From the NCBI GenBank assembly GCA_008932965.1, contig WBXG01000002.1, positions 1 through 32,000 on the forward strand: DNA of 32,000 nt, in the 5' to 3' direction. The notes beneath the pieces are model-generated. The model saw only the letters and a list, made by a program, of their open reading frames with translations, ran no database searches and was not told where the DNA came from. Shown here piece by piece: positions 28,885 through 32,000 of the stretch (the first letter of the stretch is position 1; each line of letters opens with the position of its first letter). Both the position numbers and the translations under genes were made by a program. This DNA is from Verrucomicrobiota bacterium. GTDB lineage: Bacteria; Verrucomicrobiota; Verrucomicrobiia; Chthoniobacterales; UBA6821.

Positions 28885-30477
28885 TTACGTTTTTAGGATT
28901 ATCGTGTCACGGCACAATTCAGGATCGTGCTCAGGATAATCAAGTGTGTAGTGGAGTCCTCGACTCTCTTTTCGACTCATCGCAGATTGGACCATAAGCT
29001 GTGCCGTGGTCACGAGATTGCGCAATTCCAGAAGATCAGCAGATATTTTAAAGTTCCAATAAAAATCTCGAATCTCCATTTCAAGATTTTTTAAACGTGT
29101 GGTTGCACGTTGAAGCCGCTTATCAGTTCGTACGATTCCCATGTAATCCCACATGAGGCGTCTGATTTCATCCCAGTTGTGATGAATAACTACCCTTTCA
29201 TCAAGATCCTGGGCATCTCCAGAGTGCCATGCAGGGAGTGCCATAGGATCTTGGTGATGATATTCTCCTCTGGCATGAGCCTCAGCACGGTGTGCCATCA
29301 CCAGGGCCTCGAGGAGAGAATTGCTAGCAAGCCGATTTGCTCCGTGGAGGCCTGTGAAAGCTGTTTCTCCAATGGCATAGAGTCCAGCAATTGAGGTTGT
29401 GCCATGAAGATCTGTTTTAATACCTCCACATTGGTAATGAGCTGCCGGAACTACTGGAATCGGTTCTTGAGTAATATCAATCCCATTATGGAGGCATGTT
29501 TCATAAATCTTAGGAAAGCGTTGTTGCAAGAATATGGGGGATTTTGAGCGAATATCGAGATAGACGCATTCATCTCCCCTTTTTTTCATTTCAGCATCAA
29601 TAGCACGTGCCACGACATCACGAGGAGCAAGCTCTCGACGAGAATCATAGTGCTCCATGAAGCGTTCCCCTGCACTATTGATTAAGAGACCACCCTCTCC
29701 GCGCACGGCTTCGGAAATGAGGAATGATTTTGCTTTAGGGTGGTAGAGGCAGGTGGGATGGAACTGCATGAATTCCATATTGGCAATGGCTGCTCCAGCT
29801 CGCCACGCTATGGCAATACCATCACCTGTAGCAATGTCCGGATTCGTCGTATAGAGATAGACTTTTCCGCATCCCCCTGTCGCAAGCACGGTCACATCAG
29901 TTCGGATTGTTTCGACACATTCCTTTTTTTCATCAAAAACATAAAGACCCACACAGCGAATGGGTCCATTCTTTTCACCAAGCTTTTCTGTGGTGATCAG
30001 ATCGACTGCCATATGGTTTTCTAACAAGGTAATGTTGGGGTGCCTTAAGACAGCCGCAATCAAAGTTTGTTCAATTTCAAAACCAGTGCGATCCCGAGCA
30101 TGTAAAATACGACGTTTGGAATGACCTCCCTCTTTTCCTAAATCGAGTTCATTTTTCCCATTCTCGTTAGTACGCTTATCAAAATCCATTCCGCAGGAAA
30201 CGAGCTCGGCAATACAAGCAGGTCCCTCCTTAAGTATCGTTCTCACGACTTCTTCATTACAAAGTCCATCACCAGCAACTAAAGTATCACGAACATGGAG
30301 TTCCATGGAGTCCTCATCACTTGTGACGCATGCAATACCACCTTGTGCCCATGCAGTGTTAGAGTCACTTCTCGAACGTTTGGTGACAATTGCTACCGAG
30401 CCCTGTTCTGCCGCTTTCAGAGCAAAGGTAAGTCCTGCGCTACCACTACCAACAATAACGTAGTTAAATTGATTCAT
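28885..30477 (-). CDS. nadB: L-aspartate oxidase
   Basis: 530 aa with FAD motif VIVGSGSAGL, plus AQGGIA, FHPT, HGANRLASNSLLE. Confidence 0.9.
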   Translation of the reverse strand: MNQFNYVIVGSGSAGLTFALKAAEQGSVAIVTKRSRSDSNTAWAQGGIACVTSDEDSMELHVRDTLVAGDGLCNEEVVRTILKEGPACIAELVSCGMDFDKRTNENGKNELDLGKEGGHSKRRILHARDRTGFEIEQTLIAAVLRHPNITLLENHMAVDLITTEKLGEKNGPIRCVGLYVFDEKKECVETIRTDVTVLATGGCGKVYLYTTNPDIATGDGIAIAWRAGAAIANMEFMQFHPTCLYHPKAKSFLISEAVRGEGGLLINSAGERFMEHYDSRRELAPRDVVARAIDAEMKKRGDECVYLDIRSKSPIFLQQRFPKIYETCLHNGIDITQEPIPVVPAAHYQCGGIKTDLHGTTSIAGLYAIGETAFTGLHGANRLASNSLLEALVMAHRAEAHARGEYHHQDPMALPAWHSGDAQDLDERVVIHHNWDEIRRLMWDYMGIVRTDKRLQRATTRLKNLEMEIRDFYWNFKISADLLELRNLVTTAQLMVQSAMSRKESRGLHYTLDYPEHDPELCRDTIILKT

Positions 30478-30490
30478 AGAATTGAGAACC

Positions 30491-31396
30491 TTATTTCAGC
30501 TTTGCGACCTTCTCGTCACGATCAGTATGAAACATCCGGGTTAACCCAATATTATCAATGAGTCGTGTTTCGCCCATCTTAACAGCCACAAGAAGGCGAG
30601 CAGGAGTCGTGCTAGGAATAATCTTTTTTAGCGGTTGCAGGGTTTGCTCGTCTACAATTTCTATATAGTCGATGATGGAATTAGGAATCGATTCAAGGTC
30701 TCCTCGCGTCGATTCAAGAAGTGCTGAAACGTTGCTTTCTCCCTCTAGTGTACGTGTTCTGGTTTTTCTAAGTGCTTCATAAATCTTGGAAGCCACGCTT
30801 CGATCTTGTAAAGAAAGCCGTGCATTACGTGAACTCATTGCAAGACCATCTTCTTCTCGTACGGTGGGGTGGGAAATCACCTCTGTTGGAAAATTGAGAT
30901 TCCAGACTAATCGACGTGCTATTACAAGTTGCTGCCAATCTTTTTCACCAAAGAGCACGCGATCTGGGGTAACAATGTTAAAAAGTTTTGTAAGCACAGT
31001 AACAACACCGGAAAAATGCCCAGGACGGGAGGCTCCACAAAGATGTTGAGAAAGCTGATTTTCTTCAACATGAATAGAAGTATCGCAAGGATACATTTCT
31101 TCGACACTAGGGTGAAAAATAAGATCAACTCCAGTGCGCTGACACAGTGCTTTGTCAGCTTCAAAAGGACGTGGGTACCATTCTAAATCCTTCGCGATAT
31201 TAAATTGCTTTGGATTCAGAAAAATAGAAACAGCAACAGTGCCTGATGTCCCTGCAAGCTCTCGTGCATGGCTTATGAGGGAGGCATGCCCTTCATGGAG
31301 AGCTCCCATGGTCGGGACAAAAACAAGAGGTCGTAATGCATCATTGCATATGCTCTGCATGAGAGAGACCTGTTCAATGACCTTCATGCTCACCAT
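30491..31396 (-). CDS. panC: Pantoate--beta-alanine ligase
   Basis: VPTMGALHEGHASLI (HxGH), FVNPxQF-like SIFLNPKQF, SSRN. The C-terminal ~15 codons lie in the family-A fragment. Confidence 0.9.
   Translation of the reverse strand: MVSMKVIEQVSLMQSICNDALRPLVFVPTMGALHEGHASLISHARELAGTSGTVAVSIFLNPKQFNIAKDLEWYPRPFEADKALCQRTGVDLIFHPSVEEMYPCDTSIHVEENQLSQHLCGASRPGHFSGVVTVLTKLFNIVTPDRVLFGEKDWQQLVIARRLVWNLNFPTEVISHPTVREEDGLAMSSRNARLSLQDRSVASKIYEALRKTRTRTLEGESNVSALLESTRGDLESIPNSIIDYIEIVDEQTLQPLKKIIPSTTPARLLVAVKMGETRLIDNIGLTRMFHTDRDEKVAKLK
30497..30541 (+). mobile_element. Family-A solo right-terminal fragment
   Basis: cagctttgcgaccttctcgtcacgatcagtatgaaacatccgggt + TA, compared with cagccttcgcggcctcctcgtcacgatcagtatgaaacatccgggt in bases 68-113. 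Confidence 0.8.
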
Positions 31397-31436
31397 GGAA
31401 TAGGACGAAAGAGAATTTTCTCTTGTGGAGTAACTC

Positions 31437-31790
31437 TTAATGTCCCTCTTTTTTAACAGCAGGAGAAACTGGTGTTGGTAAAGGTATTTCCTTTTTTATC
31501 ATGGGAGCAGGCTGTTTCATGAGTTGTTCCTGAATTTTTGTTGGGCCGCTCGAGGACCTCGCGTAGACCACAGAAATAATCAGCGTGAGTAGAAAAAATA
31601 ATCCTCCAAGCCAGACTGTGAATCTATTTAAAATCGTACTTGTCTGCGTTCCAAAGAGACTATCTGTCATGCTGCTTCCAAAGGCCGCTCCGAGGCCTTC
31701 GCTCTTGGGACGTTGCATTAAAACAACAATAATCATCAAGAGAGAAACAATAACAAGGGATGTCGTGAGTAAGGGAAGCAAGAGCCACAT
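31437..31790 (-). CDS. secG: Preprotein translocase subunit SecG
   Basis: 117 aa with two TM helices flanking LMQRPKSEGLGAAFGS...LFG, the SecG signature region. It has a Pro/Lys-rich C-terminal tail. Confidence 0.8.
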   Translation of the reverse strand: MWLLLPLLTTSLVIVSLLMIIVVLMQRPKSEGLGAAFGSSMTDSLFGTQTSTILNRFTVWLGGLFFLLTLIISVVYARSSSGPTKIQEQLMKQPAPMIKKEIPLPTPVSPAVKKEGH

Positions 31791-31811
31791 AGCCGGGGAT
31801 TATCCTCTGAG

Positions 31812-32000
31812 TTATCCTCTTTTGTAAAGCTGTAAAACAGCATTTCTAGCGGCATGATCTGCCTCTATGATTTCTTCTAGTGTAGGAGTGGGGATACTAG
31901 GAAGCTGCTGCATCACGGTAGCAACATAATTCCAAATGGAGGGAAAAGAAATTTTCTCCTCGAGAAAAAGCTCCACGGCTTTTTCATTCGCAGCATTAAG
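31812..32000 (-). CDS. dxr: 1-deoxy-D-xylulose-5-phosphate reductoisomerase, C-terminal 62 codons (partial, runs off window)
   Basis: The reverse-strand frame reads LNAANEKAVELFLEEKISFPSIWNYVATVMQQLP...EADHAARNAVLQLYKRG-stop, the conserved Dxr C-terminal helical domain (NAANE.AV..FL...I.F). It is not in the supplied track because it lacks a start in the window. Confidence 0.75.
   Translation of the reverse strand, partial: LNAANEKAVELFLEEKISFPSIWNYVATVMQQLPSIPTPTLEEIIEADHAARNAVLQLYKRG

Overview
Bacterial chromosomal window, roughly 40-45% G+C by eye. I cannot assign a phylum from the sequence alone. Most of it is tightly packed housekeeping genes: thiE, ybaB, a Nudix hydrolase, lysA, ligA, gyrB, nadB, panC, secG and the 3' end of dxr. 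The centre is a nine-gene, translationally coupled aro-phe-trp operon: DAHP synthase, prephenate dehydratase, trpE, G, D, C, F, B, A. The ORF track does not explain the repeat content. (1) Family A is a TA-flanked, hairpin-forming MITE-like element of about 160-270 bp. It occurs as nine copies or fragments, all intergenic. (2) Family B is a 97-bp near-perfect palindrome with three copies. One B copy carries a nested family-A insertion whose empty-site comparison shows a TA target-site duplication. The A elements subdivide an accessory-looking stretch (19-25.5 kb). That stretch holds a P1B-4-type metal ATPase, a DUF4143-type AAA ATPase preceded by a 23-bp x ~3.8 tandem repeat, a stand-alone heptose-1-P adenylyltransferase-like gene and a secreted glycoside hydrolase. 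Other notable items are a VapBC pair plus a truncated DUF1016 gene wedged between lysA and ligA, and an AMMECR1/MEMO1 pair without its radical-SAM partner. There is also a 120-aa proline-rich ORF, a one-base frame break in gyrB, and repeat-derived codons at several gene ends. No transposase, rRNA, tRNA or CRISPR array was seen. All homology calls come from motif recognition by eye, not from searches.
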